From a virus (taxonomy: Duplodnaviria; Caudoviricetes): a stretch of DNA of 39,235 nt. The stretch covers positions 1 to 39,235 of the IMG/VR virus record IMGVR_UViG_3300010300_000031; one strand, given 5' to 3'. Position numbers and translations under genes: made by a program. Below, one piece after another: positions 17,185-27,708 of this stretch. The notes below the pieces were generated by a model, which saw nothing but the letters and a program-made list of their open reading frames with translations, made no database searches and had not been told where the DNA came from. Numbering within the stretch: the first letter of the stretch is position 1; each line of letters starts with the position of its first letter.

Positions 17185-20100
17185 TCAACCTCTCAGTTCG
17201 TTAACTTGATTTTGCAGATCCTTGATTGCTTCAACCAACAATCCAACCAAATTTCCATAAGATACTGATTTTGTTCCATCACTTGCAGTATTTACAACTT
17301 CTGGAATGATTTGTTCAACGTCTTGTGCAACCAATCCAATTGATGGTTTATCATTATCTACCCAATCAAATCTAACACCTTCAAGTTGCTTCACAAGTTC
17401 GGATGCATTTTCAATTGGTCTAATGTTCTTCTTCTTACTTCTATCAGAAGTTGATGTTACAGAAAGAGCAGAAAGATTTCCTGGCATTGTAACATCATAA
17501 GAACTATCACCAGTAATCCAATTAGTGGATCCAGCACCAATTGCTAATTGATTACTTCCATTTATAATAGGAAGATTTCTTGCACCAATAACAACGTTTA
17601 AATTTCCAGTGCAATTGTCCTCTCCTGCATTTCGACCAATGAAGATATTACCACATCCAGTGGTGTTGTTGCATCCTGCTTGATAACCAAAGAAGTTATT
17701 ATAACATCCAGAGGTGTTGCATAATCCTGCAAAATATCCAATGAAGTTATTATAATCTCCATTATTGTAGAATCCTGCTTTATTACCAAAGAAGTTATTA
17801 GCATTTCCCAAGCAGCTCTTGTATCCTGCACACGCACCAAAGAAGTTATTACAAGATCCAGTGGTGGTGAATCTTCCTGCTCCATCACCAATAAAGTTAT
17901 TTTTATCTCCAGTGGTGTTGCAGTATCCTGCAGAAAAACCAATGAAGTTATTATAACATCCAGTAGTGTTGCTGTATCCTGCGTCTCGACCTAAAAAGTT
18001 ATTATAACATCCAGTGGTGTTGTTTCTTCCTGCACAACTACCAATGAAGTTATTATAACATCCAGTAGTGTTGTCGCATCCTGCACGATTACCAAAGAAG
18101 TTATTACAAGATCCAGTGGTGTTGCATAGACCTGCAGAAGAACCAATGAAGTTATTATTATCTCCGGTATTGCAGTATCCTGCACTATTACCAAAGAAGT
18201 TATTATAATTTCCATCAGTGTTGCAGTATCCTGCAAATAAACCAAGGAAGTTATTATGGGATCCAGTGGTGTTTATACTTCCTGCTCGACAACCAATGAA
18301 GGTATTATGACATCCAGTTCTGTTCTCATATCCTGCACAGAAACCTAAGAAGTTATTATGGGATCCAGTGGTGTTAGAGAATCCTGATAGATAGCCAATG
18401 AAGTTATTACAAGATCCAGTGGTGTTGCAATATCCTGCAAATAAACCAAAGAAGTTATTATAAGATCCACTTTCGTTATTTGTTCCTGCTTGATTACCTA
18501 AGAAGTTATTATAACCTCCAGTGATATTGGAGGATCCTGCATAGTCACCTAAGAAGTTATTATTACCTCCAATGGTGTTGCATCTTCCTGCATTTCGACC
18601 TAAGAAGTTATTATAATTTCCAGTGGTGTTGGAGTATCCTGCACATCGACCAATAAAGATATTATGATATGCAGTGGTAATATTTGCACCAGAACTCTTA
18701 CCTATCGCTACGTTATTGGATCCAGTAGTGTAATCAGATCTACTGGAGCTTCTACCAGCGTTTTCACCTAAGTAAATATTGTTGTCACCTCGGTTCCAGT
18801 ATCCTGCTTCATTACCAATGGCGATTGAGTTGCTATTGGTTTGGTTACAGTATCCTGCTTGATTACCAAAGAAGTTATTATAACATCCACTGATATTAAA
18901 TCTTCCTGCATTATCACCAAAGAAGTTATTATAACATCCAGTGGTGTTGCAGTATCCTGCACATGATCCAATGAAGGTATTACAACCTCCAGAGGTGTTG
19001 TTGTATCCTGTTTGATTACCAAAGAAGTTATTATCACTTCCAGTGGTGTTGGATCTTCCTGCATTTCGACCAAAGAAGTTATTATAACATCCAGTGGTGT
19101 TGGAGAATCCTGCTAGTTGACCAAAGAAGTTATTATTACTTCCAGTGTCATTGTTTTGTCCTGCTTGGTTTCCAATGAAGTTATTATTACATCCAATACT
19201 GTTGCAGAATCCTGCTTGACTACCAAAGAAGTTATTATTACTTCCACTGTCGTTGGTTTTTCCTGCATTAGTTCCAAAGAAGTTATTATTACATCCAGTG
19301 TCGTTGCTTCCTCCTGCACATAGACCTATGAAGTTATTAAGAGATCCAGTGGTGTTGCATTTTCCTGCACCACAACCAATGAAGTTATTATAACATCCAC
19401 TGGTGTTATAGTATCCTGCACATTGACCAATGAAGGTATTACAACCTCCAGTAGTAATATTTGCACCAGAACTCTTACCTATTGCTACGTTATCAGTTCC
19501 AGTAGTGTTAGCAGTTCTAGTTAAGCTCCTACCAGCGTTTTCACCTAAGTAAATATTATTGTCACCTCGGTTCCAGAATCCTGCTTGACAACCAATGGCG
19601 ATTGAGTTGCTATTGGTTTCGTTGCAGTATGCTGCACATTGACCAATGAAGTTATTATTACTTCCAGTGGTGTTATTGCATCCTGCTCTATGACCTAAGA
19701 AGGTATTAAAACTTCCAGTAGTGTTGAATTTTCCTACTTGAGAACCAATGAAGTTATTTTGACTTCCAGTGGTGTTGCAGTATCCTGCATTAGCACCAAT
19801 GAAGTTATTTGAACCTCCAGTGGTGTTGCAGTATCCTGCTCTTTGACCTATGAAGTTATTAAAACCTCCAGTGGTGTTGCCAAATCCTGCTTCACCACCA
19901 ATGAAGGTATTATAATCTCCAGTGGTGTTGCGAAATCCTGCACAACGACCAAAGAAATTATTAGAACATCCAGTGGTGTTGCAGTATCCTGCATATAAAC
20001 CAATGAAGTTATTAACAATTCCAGTAGTAATATTTGCACCAGAACTCTTACCTATTGCTACGTTATTGGATCCAGTAGTGCAAGCAGATCTACTGGAGCT

Positions 20101-23100
20101 TTTACCGGCGCATTCACCTAAGTAAATATTATTGTCGCCTTGGTTCCAAAATCCTGCTTCCTTACCAATAGCGATTGAGTGACTATTAGTTTGGTTGAGA
20201 TTTCCTGCTTGATTACCAATGAAGGTATTATGACATCCAGTGGTGTTGGAGCATCCTGCTTGATTACCAATGAAGTTATTATTACCTCCAATGGTGTTGC
20301 ATCTTCCTGCTCTTTGACCAATGAAGTTATTCAAAGATCCAGTGCTGTTGTCGCATCCTGCATAACGACCAATGAAGTTATTATAACATCCAGTGGAATT
20401 GGAGCGTCCTGCTTGATTACCAATGAAGTTATTATCAAATCCAGTGGTGTTGCTGACTCCTGCATAACGCCCAAGGAAGTTATTATAACACCCAGTGGTG
20501 TTGCATAGACCTGCGTAAGAACCAAAGAAGTTATTATGATTTCCACTATCGTTGCAGCACCCTGCCAGTGTTCCAAAGAAGTTATTATAACTTCCAGTAA
20601 TGTTATTGTGTCCAGCACTTTTACCAAAGAAATTATTATAAGCTCCAGAGGTGTTGCGAAATCCTGCACTTTCACCAATCGCTATGTTATGAGTTCCAGT
20701 AACCCCACCAGATCCTCCATAAAGTGCTAAAGCACCAATTGCAACATTATGATCAGTTTTATTACAAAATCCTGCTTCTTTACCAAGTAAAACATTACAA
20801 TCACCACCACAACAAATACCTGCTAAGTATCCAATAGCTACATTATGGCAAGAAGATGATTGTAAAAGTGCTCCCGCCTGCTTACCAAATAAAATATTAT
20901 AACTGCCACAATTTGCACAACCAGCAAGAGAACCTAACATTACATTCTCTTGTCCGCGAGAATCGCTACCAGCAAGACATCCAATCATAACAGATTTGCA
21001 TGTGCAAGCAGTAATTCCTGCACAGAAACCAATTATAGTAGATTCTTTTGCACAACCTAAATTGCTACCAGCAAGATAACCAATAACTGTTGAGTAGCTA
21101 ACACATCCATTCGAAGCATTAGGATTCGAAACTGCAGAATAACCAATTATAGTATTTGCATCATTGCCTAATTTATTTGCTAAGCAGAATCCAGATTCAT
21201 ATCCAATAGTAATATTTCCTACATTGCAAGTATTTGTAGCAAGAGCACATTCTCCTATAGCAACATTTCTTTCCCCAGAAGTATTAGAAAATCCAGCACA
21301 CCTACCGAGAAAAATATTATCAAAACTATCTGAAAGATTAAATCCAGCCTTACAACCTATGGCAATATTACTATAAAAACTATTGTTACCTATGTTGGAA
21401 TCACCATAACCAGCACATTGACCCATAAAAATATTATAACAAGAAGCTCCTAAATTGCGACCTGCTTGATCACCAAATATATTATTATATTTGGAGTTAG
21501 TTCCACTATATCCAGCAGCATTTCCAAAGAAGTTATTATAATGTCCGCATCTAGCATAAGCACCCGCTTCACATCCTATCCAGTTATTATTACAAGCAAT
21601 ACATGATTTATGACCAGCCCCATATCCAAGAAAGTTATTAAAGTTTCCACCAGTTGTGCTATTGAGACCATGATCTCTTCCTGCAATATAACCAAGGAAT
21701 GTATTATAACAACCATAACAATCATTACATCCAGACTGTTGACCCACATAGATGTTGAAGTCTGAGCATGTAGTTTGTCTTCCAGACTCGTTTCCCAAAA
21801 ATATATTACAAGCCCCATAGTTAGCATCACCACCAGTAGCATTACCAATAAAAATTGAACCTCTTTGACAAAGGGATTCTGATCCAGCGTAACACCCTAT
21901 AAAAGTGCTTTCACTAACTTTACAAGCATTACGTCCTGCTTTATAACCAATAAAGTAACCATTATTAGTGCAACATTGTGTATTACATCCTGCATCACAT
22001 CCAATAAAAATACTTAAAGTATTAGTTCCATGGTTTTCACCAGCATGTCCACCTAAGAAAACATTTGCTCCTCCATTAGCAGGACATGCTTGACAACCAG
22101 CTTTATATCCAATAGCAACATTACTATCAGTATGGCTCAGTCTACCAGCACAAACACCAATATATACATTACAATTTCCACTCTCAATACTACTACACCT
22201 TAAACAGTATCCAGCTTCTGCACCAATAGCAATATTCTGGAAATCAGAGCCATTTTCTGTATAATATCCAGCACATCTTCCAACAAAAATATTATCAGTT
22301 CCAATTCCACTACTCTCTCCATTCCCAAGGAATCCAGACTTAGATCCTAAGAATATATTATTATCCCCAGTAGCATTTGGAGTGATACAATAGTTTGCAG
22401 AATATCCAATTGAAACATTGCAACAAGCACTACCAGATGCAGCGCTATAAGTTCCTCCAGCACCAGTTCCTGCTTGCAAATTCTCATCATCATCTAAAGT
22501 AAATACTGCAGCAGCAACACCTGTTAAGAAACTTCCATCACCATAATAAGTTACAACACCAGATGTTGCAGTAATAATACCAGAAGAAACTTGAACTGTT
22601 CCTAAAGTTGAGGCTCCAGAAACATTAATTTGCTGCGCTGTTAAATCTGTAGCAGTAGTAACTCCTAAAGTAGAAATTCCAGAAACACTTAAATTACTAC
22701 CAATATCAACACTTTCGCTAATATCAACATCACCATCAACATCCAATTTTGCTGTTGGGTTTGTAGTTCCAATACCAACACTAAGATCAGATGTTATTAC
22801 TAAAACATCACCATTCGAATTAACACCTAAAGTATTTGCAGTTCCAATTTGAATATATTGTAAGGGATTTGTAGTTCCAATCCCAATATTATTTACTCCT
22901 TCAGTAAACGTTACATCATCATTAAATGTTGATAAACCAGTAACATTTAAACTATTTAAAGCTCCATCAGAAAAAGAAACATCACCTACAGTTAAATCAC
23001 CATCAATTTTTACATTTCCAACAATATCAACCGTAGATGTTGGAGAAACACTATTAATACCAATATTACCACCACTTTCTGCAAGTAATACAGTGCCACC

Positions 23101-23148
23101 TACGCCAATTTCTAGACCGCGCTTTACTCTAAAATTCTGATCAGCCAA
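17185..23148 (-). CDS. Giant Cys/Asn-rich repeat tail fibre (1987 aa) with S74 chaperone; TTG start
   Basis: Dozens of NNF[IFL]GxxAGxxNTTGxx units; C-terminal TSDRSKKKNI...GLVAQDVE...SYGNLVGLLVEAIKDL; codon 23148-23146 is TTG after AGGGGA. Confidence 0.88.
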   Translation of the reverse strand: MADQNFRVKRGLEIGVGGTVLLAESGGNIGINSVSPTSTVDIVGNVKIDGDLTVGDVSFSDGALNSLNVTGLSTFNDDVTFTEGVNNIGIGTTNPLQYIQIGTANTLGVNSNGDVLVITSDLSVGIGTTNPTAKLDVDGDVDISESVDIGSNLSVSGISTLGVTTATDLTAQQINVSGASTLGTVQVSSGIITATSGVVTYYGDGSFLTGVAAAVFTLDDDENLQAGTGAGGTYSAASGSACCNVSIGYSANYCITPNATGDNNIFLGSKSGFLGNGESSGIGTDNIFVGRCAGYYTENGSDFQNIAIGAEAGYCLRCSSIESGNCNVYIGVCAGRLSHTDSNVAIGYKAGCQACPANGGANVFLGGHAGENHGTNTLSIFIGCDAGCNTQCCTNNGYFIGYKAGRNACKVSESTFIGCYAGSESLCQRGSIFIGNATGGDANYGACNIFLGNESGRQTTCSDFNIYVGQQSGCNDCYGCYNTFLGYIAGRDHGLNSTTGGNFNNFLGYGAGHKSCIACNNNWIGCEAGAYARCGHYNNFFGNAAGYSGTNSKYNNIFGDQAGRNLGASCYNIFMGQCAGYGDSNIGNNSFYSNIAIGCKAGFNLSDSFDNIFLGRCAGFSNTSGERNVAIGECALATNTCNVGNITIGYESGFCLANKLGNDANTIIGYSAVSNPNASNGCVSYSTVIGYLAGSNLGCAKESTIIGFCAGITACTCKSVMIGCLAGSDSRGQENVMLGSLAGCANCGSYNILFGKQAGALLQSSSCHNVAIGYLAGICCGGDCNVLLGKEAGFCNKTDHNVAIGALALYGGSGGVTGTHNIAIGESAGFRNTSGAYNNFFGKSAGHNNITGSYNNFFGTLAGCCNDSGNHNNFFGSYAGLCNTTGCYNNFLGRYAGVSNTTGFDNNFIGNQAGRSNSTGCYNNFIGRYAGCDNSTGSLNNFIGQRAGRCNTIGGNNNFIGNQAGCSNTTGCHNTFIGNQAGNLNQTNSHSIAIGKEAGFWNQGDNNIYLGECAGKSSSRSACTTGSNNVAIGKSSGANITTGIVNNFIGLYAGYCNTTGCSNNFFGRCAGFRNTTGDYNTFIGGEAGFGNTTGGFNNFIGQRAGYCNTTGGSNNFIGANAGYCNTTGSQNNFIGSQVGKFNTTGSFNTFLGHRAGCNNTTGSNNNFIGQCAAYCNETNSNSIAIGCQAGFWNRGDNNIYLGENAGRSLTRTANTTGTDNVAIGKSSGANITTGGCNTFIGQCAGYYNTSGCYNNFIGCGAGKCNTTGSLNNFIGLCAGGSNDTGCNNNFFGTNAGKTNDSGSNNNFFGSQAGFCNSIGCNNNFIGNQAGQNNDTGSNNNFFGQLAGFSNTTGCYNNFFGRNAGRSNTTGSDNNFFGNQTGYNNTSGGCNTFIGSCAGYCNTTGCYNNFFGDNAGRFNISGCYNNFFGNQAGYCNQTNSNSIAIGNEAGYWNRGDNNIYLGENAGRSSSRSDYTTGSNNVAIGKSSGANITTAYHNIFIGRCAGYSNTTGNYNNFLGRNAGRCNTIGGNNNFLGDYAGSSNITGGYNNFLGNQAGTNNESGSYNNFFGLFAGYCNTTGSCNNFIGYLSGFSNTTGSHNNFLGFCAGYENRTGCHNTFIGCRAGSINTTGSHNNFLGLFAGYCNTDGNYNNFFGNSAGYCNTGDNNNFIGSSAGLCNTTGSCNNFFGNRAGCDNTTGCYNNFIGSCAGRNNTTGCYNNFLGRDAGYSNTTGCYNNFIGFSAGYCNTTGDKNNFIGDGAGRFTTTGSCNNFFGACAGYKSCLGNANNFFGNKAGFYNNGDYNNFIGYFAGLCNTSGCYNNFFGYQAGCNNTTGCGNIFIGRNAGEDNCTGNLNVVIGARNLPIINGSNQLAIGAGSTNWITGDSSYDVTMPGNLSALSVTSTSDRSKKKNIRPIENASELVKQLEGVRFDWVDNDKPSIGLVAQDVEQIIPEVVNTASDGTKSVSYGNLVGLLVEAIKDLQNQVNELRG
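17620..20690. repeat. Coding 42-bp tandem repeat array with three higher-order blocks
   Basis: Recurrent ccaatgaagttattataacatccagtggtgttgc..tcctgc unit; boundaries approximate. Confidence 0.88.
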
Positions 23149-23185
23149 GGTTCACTATCCCCTATGCTAGTTTACTTTTTTATAT

Positions 23186-26100
23186 TTATGGGAAAAGTTT
23201 ATTAGCAGTGAAATTGACCACATAATTTGTTGTTGTAGCTGCTCCAGCAGTTGCTACGATACGAATATATCCTCCAGCAACATCGACATTAAATGATGCT
23301 ACAGAAGAATTATTATAAACAGTACCATATTCGGAAACATATGCTGCTGTTCCATCAGAAACAGCAAGTAACTTAGTGAAATGATAGTTTGTTCCTTCAG
23401 TTGCCTGAACAGAATACTCAACTGTTCGATAAACAGTGGCATCCAAATCATCATACAATGCAGTTGGATTAGTATCAGTTGTAATTCCAGTAATGGTATT
23501 GGAATACGTCATTGTATTCGCAAAACCAGTGTTTGATGTAATGATTCCAGAAATTATTACATTATCAGGTAATCCAATTGTAATTGTTTCATTTAGCGCC
23601 GATGTTTCAATCTCATTTGCTGTTCCAGAAATAGTTAATGTTTCTGTATCAAGAATAACATTTCCAGATCCACTATCAGCAGAAATACTTAAATCAGTAG
23701 CATCTACATATGCTTTAATTGATTGTTGAGTAGCAAGAGAAGTATCACTATTAGAAGTAAGATCATCTTCATCTAAGATTGTTGTTACTCCTACTCCAGA
23801 TCCTACAATAATAGAAGTTACACCAACAACTCCCAGTGTTGTAATTCCAGCAACAAATAGATTTCCAGTAGATGCATCTATATTAAAAGTTGCTGCAGAT
23901 CCAACTATGACTTGATCCGTTACTGTCAAAATACCAACTACAGCACCATTACCAGCTAGATCACCACTTAATGAACCAGAAATGTTAATATTATAAGTTC
24001 CAGAAAGTCTATCTGTTCCAATTGTTCCAGAAGTAATATTCCCTGCATTAATATCAGATAATTGAGATCCATCACCATAATAAGTGATAATGCCATCATA
24101 TGCAGTAATAATACCGGAGGAAATATTAACAAAATTAGTTGTTCCAATACCAACAGATGCTAATCCAGCAATTCTAATTTCATCTTCAATATAAACTTTT
24201 CCTCTAACGTCTAACTTTTCTCTAGGAGTTGTAGATCCAATACCAACTCTATTCGTATTAAAGTCAAAATTAAATTCATTAGATCCCCCAATAACACCAA
24301 TAGCATTATGGAATTGAATATTTTTTGGAGATCCTCCAGCAGTAGAAACACCTACAGCAGGAACACCACTCCATGTCCATCCACCAGCACCATCTGCAAC
24401 AGGAACTTGAGAAACTGCACCAGAATTATTACCAACATCATATAATCCACCACGAATTCTTGCATCCCCATCAACATCAAGTTTTGCTGTTGGTAAAGTC
24501 ATACCAATACCAACATTATCATTCAAGTTGAAAATATTTCCAACATCATCACCTTGCCAATATAAATTGATTGATCTTGAGGCAATTCTACTAGTGCTAA
24601 AAGCAACTACTTCTAATCTATCTGTTGATGCTGCTCCAACATTTAAAACAATTGTTGTTCCACTTGTTCCAACATAATCATTACTCGATAATTTAACACC
24701 ATTTAAGAAAACATCTACTAATCCAGGAGCATAAGTAACATTAAAAGTTGTCTGACCAGCACCAGCAGAGAATTCAGTTACTTGACGAAGATCTTCATTG
24801 ACAAACCAATCAACGTTTCCATTTCCATCAGACTGTAAGAAAGAATTAGATACTCCATCATATTCTGGGAAAGTATATGGATCTGTAGAAAGACCAACAG
24901 TAAGATATGTTGTTGTAGTATATCCTGTAATATTTAAATTACCATCAATAGCAACATCACCTACAACATCCAGAGTTGCTTCTGGATTTGTAGTTCCGAT
25001 ACCTATTTGATTTTCTGCTGATTGCAAATAAAATGTTTCATTATCAAAATTAATATCTCCACCAGTAACATTTAATCCTGCTTGCATCTCTACAGGATTA
25101 TTCAAGAAAGTTGCAAATCCTGTTACATATAAATTAGTAACAGCAACTCCAGCAAATGTTCCTTGTTCAGATGTTACTTCTTCTTGTATGTTTTGACCAC
25201 CAACATCTAATGCTCCAGTGATATTAACATTTCCACGAATATCTATAATATATCCAGAAGTAGTATCAAAAGCAGTAGTTCCAATACCTATTGCCGATCC
25301 ATCAGAAGGAAGAACAATATCAATATCTTGATTAAAAGAAGTATCTCCACTAAAAGTAGAAAAACCACTAAAAGTAGAAACTCCACTTACAATTAAATTG
25401 TTAGTAGTAGTAATTCCAGATACACCAAGAGTTGTTATCGTTGCAACACCAGATACATTTAAATCATCAAGTTCCGTTTGACCATTAACATCTAGTTTTC
25501 CTACTGGTGTTAAACTTCCAATTCCAGTATTTCCATTAGAATCAACTACAAATTCAGATCCAACTTGAAGTTGTTGTGTCGGGTTTGTAGTTCCCAATCC
25601 AACATTATTAAAAAATACTGATGATCCACCAATTTGTGCTTGGTTTCCCATAGTATCATCATTATCAGATTCATAATAAAGTAATGCAGGGGTATTTTCA
25701 GTTACTACGATTTCAGTATAAGCACCACTATTTCCAGGTGTTCCAGTAACTGTAACATCCGTAGAATACTCTATACTTCTAGCAGAATCTGTATAGAATC
25801 TTAGAGTATGATTAGTATTTGAAGGATCCTCCTGAATAAATCTATAAGTTTTGCCAGAAACAAAAGTTAAATAAGGAGATTCTTTTCCATTTATAAAGTA
25901 TGTAATTGGTGACCCCACACCATCAAATCTATTTTCACTTGTTTTTGTGTCAGTAATTACTGCAAATTCAATACGAGGATTTTCATGAAGTTCTGCAAAG
26001 TAACTTCCAACATATCTTTGAGTATTTGCGAATCCAACTAATCCAACAAAAGTAGATACACCAGATACATTTAAGTTGTCAAGTTCAGTATGACCATCAA

Positions 26101-27355
26101 CGTCTAAATTTCCATTAGCGTCAATATCGCCAGTGAATGTAGAGGCAGCAGATACATTTAAAGTGTCTAATTCAGTATGCCCAAATACATCTAGTTCAGC
26201 ATTTGGATTTGTAGTTCCAATACCAACATCAGAATTAGATGTAACTACAAAAAGTTCACCTACTTGAAATCGTTGTTTTGGATTTGCTGTCGCAATACCT
26301 AAATTAGCATCAACAAAAACAGTATCGCCAAAAGTAGATACGCCAGATACATTTAAGTTATCAAGTTCAGTATGACCAACTACATCAAGAGTTCCTACTG
26401 GATTTGTAGTTCCAATTCCAACCGTAGTTAATGTTGATAATCCAGTTATATTAAGTTGTTGCGATTCTAAAGTTCCGTATACAGTTGCACCAAAACTTGT
26501 AGTCGAAACTTTTTCAACATTATTATAGTATAAAGTAACACCAGCACCAGAATTTGCAGTAAGCAAATAATCTGTAGATGCCAAACCAATTAATTGAATT
26601 GGATCTCCATAAATTGATACCGTGGAGATTCCGTAAATATTCTGATTTACATAAACGTCATTGAAGAATGAAGATATTCCAGAAAAAGTGGAAAGACCAG
26701 ATACATTTAAATCATCAAGTTCCGTTTGACCATTGACATCTAAAACCGCCGTTGGATTTGTAGTTCCGATTCCAACCGTAGTTAATGATGATATTCCACT
26801 TATATTTAAATTAGTTGTCTGTAAAGTATCATAAACAGTTACTCCATATCCAGTGGTTTCAAACTTTCTAGAATTCCTATAGTAAAGGTAAGAACCATTT
26901 GTATAACCAAATCCAGCTATAGTAGAAGAAGCAGAACCAATTATTAAATCGTAAGGATTGCTTTCACTTATCTGAATATAATTTTCAGATCCACCATGAA
27001 ATATTGCTAACTCATTAGAATCGCCAAAATAAATTCCAGCACTATCTGGATAATAACTAAATGAATTATGATAAACTGAACTTTGAAAAGTAGATAATCC
27101 AGTAAAAGTTGATAGCCCACCAACAGATAGAGACCCAAGATTTGCTGACGAATCTACTGATAAATCAATAGATGTTAAAATTCCAGAAATTTCAGCATTT
27201 CCGCGAATATCTAACGCTGCTTTTGGGTCAAAGATTGTTTGACCAATTCCTACTAAACCGACAACTTCTAATACCTTTTCACTGCCAGTTTCGCCAACAA
27301 TACCAATTTTTTGCTGCTGCTGTCTGCCGCTAAGGAATCTAATTGGAGCTACCAT
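23186..27355 (-). CDS. Long tail-fibre-like structural protein
   Basis: VGIGTTNP...LDV.G.TELD.LNVSG repeats; cupredoxin-like insert; AGQTTFNVTY...DVFLNGVKL module. Confidence 0.85.
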   Translation of the reverse strand: MVAPIRFLSGRQQQQKIGIVGETGSEKVLEVVGLVGIGQTIFDPKAALDIRGNAEISGILTSIDLSVDSSANLGSLSVGGLSTFTGLSTFQSSVYHNSFSYYPDSAGIYFGDSNELAIFHGGSENYIQISESNPYDLIIGSASSTIAGFGYTNGSYLYYRNSRKFETTGYGVTVYDTLQTTNLNISGISSLTTVGIGTTNPTAVLDVNGQTELDDLNVSGLSTFSGISSFFNDVYVNQNIYGISTVSIYGDPIQLIGLASTDYLLTANSGAGVTLYYNNVEKVSTTSFGATVYGTLESQQLNITGLSTLTTVGIGTTNPVGTLDVVGHTELDNLNVSGVSTFGDTVFVDANLGIATANPKQRFQVGELFVVTSNSDVGIGTTNPNAELDVFGHTELDTLNVSAASTFTGDIDANGNLDVDGHTELDNLNVSGVSTFVGLVGFANTQRYVGSYFAELHENPRIEFAVITDTKTSENRFDGVGSPITYFINGKESPYLTFVSGKTYRFIQEDPSNTNHTLRFYTDSARSIEYSTDVTVTGTPGNSGAYTEIVVTENTPALLYYESDNDDTMGNQAQIGGSSVFFNNVGLGTTNPTQQLQVGSEFVVDSNGNTGIGSLTPVGKLDVNGQTELDDLNVSGVATITTLGVSGITTTNNLIVSGVSTFSGFSTFSGDTSFNQDIDIVLPSDGSAIGIGTTAFDTTSGYIIDIRGNVNITGALDVGGQNIQEEVTSEQGTFAGVAVTNLYVTGFATFLNNPVEMQAGLNVTGGDINFDNETFYLQSAENQIGIGTTNPEATLDVVGDVAIDGNLNITGYTTTTYLTVGLSTDPYTFPEYDGVSNSFLQSDGNGNVDWFVNEDLRQVTEFSAGAGQTTFNVTYAPGLVDVFLNGVKLSSNDYVGTSGTTIVLNVGAASTDRLEVVAFSTSRIASRSINLYWQGDDVGNIFNLNDNVGIGMTLPTAKLDVDGDARIRGGLYDVGNNSGAVSQVPVADGAGGWTWSGVPAVGVSTAGGSPKNIQFHNAIGVIGGSNEFNFDFNTNRVGIGSTTPREKLDVRGKVYIEDEIRIAGLASVGIGTTNFVNISSGIITAYDGIITYYGDGSQLSDINAGNITSGTIGTDRLSGTYNINISGSLSGDLAGNGAVVGILTVTDQVIVGSAATFNIDASTGNLFVAGITTLGVVGVTSIIVGSGVGVTTILDEDDLTSNSDTSLATQQSIKAYVDATDLSISADSGSGNVILDTETLTISGTANEIETSALNETITIGLPDNVIISGIITSNTGFANTMTYSNTITGITTDTNPTALYDDLDATVYRTVEYSVQATEGTNYHFTKLLAVSDGTAAYVSEYGTVYNNSSVASFNVDVAGGYIRIVATAGAATTTNYVVNFTANKLFP

Positions 27356-27363
27356 TTCTTATA

Positions 27364-27708
27364 TTAGAGATTAGAGGTTTCTAGAATACTTGTCAAAAAC
27401 TTGAGTTCACCAGCAAAATTATCACCAACAATTGTTAACACATCTCCTGTTTCAACAACTAATTTTCCAGGAAGAAGATTAGCAGTATCACTAGATGGTA
27501 TTGCTAAATTTTTTACAATTTCAGTGTCTACTCCATCACGACGATGACCAAAACTAATACTACTGGTAGATCCACCAGTATTAGTTACTTGTGCCAAAAG
27601 AACTACTCCAGTATATCCTACTGGTGCAGTATAAATTCCGACTGTACTTGTTCCCACAACAGACGTAACTGTCTGGAATACGTTAACTGCTGCTGCTGCA
27701 ATTGCCAT
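27364..27708 (-). CDS. Small beta-rich putative virion protein
   Basis: IYTAP...LAQVTN...KLVVETGD pattern; coupled to the upstream gene by a TAATG overlap. Confidence 0.8.
   Translation of the reverse strand: MAIAAAAVNVFQTVTSVVGTSTVGIYTAPVGYTGVVLLAQVTNTGGSTSSISFGHRRDGVDTEIVKNLAIPSSDTANLLPGKLVVETGDVLTIVGDNFAGELKFLTSILETSNL

Noticed and set aside
17620-20690. CRISPR-like array of regular repeats
   Set aside because: Units are contiguous, in-frame 42-bp coding repeats with only a few variable codons; no unique spacers, leader or cas genes.
13457-20690. Diversity-generating retroelement template/variable repeats
   Set aside because: No reverse transcriptase in the window; all repeats are inside ORFs and the differences are not confined to adenines.
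17598-21848. Alternative-frame ORFs such as DATTPLDVIITSLV repeats
   Set aside because: Frame-shifted or antisense readings of the repeat array; no SD or frameshift signal seen.
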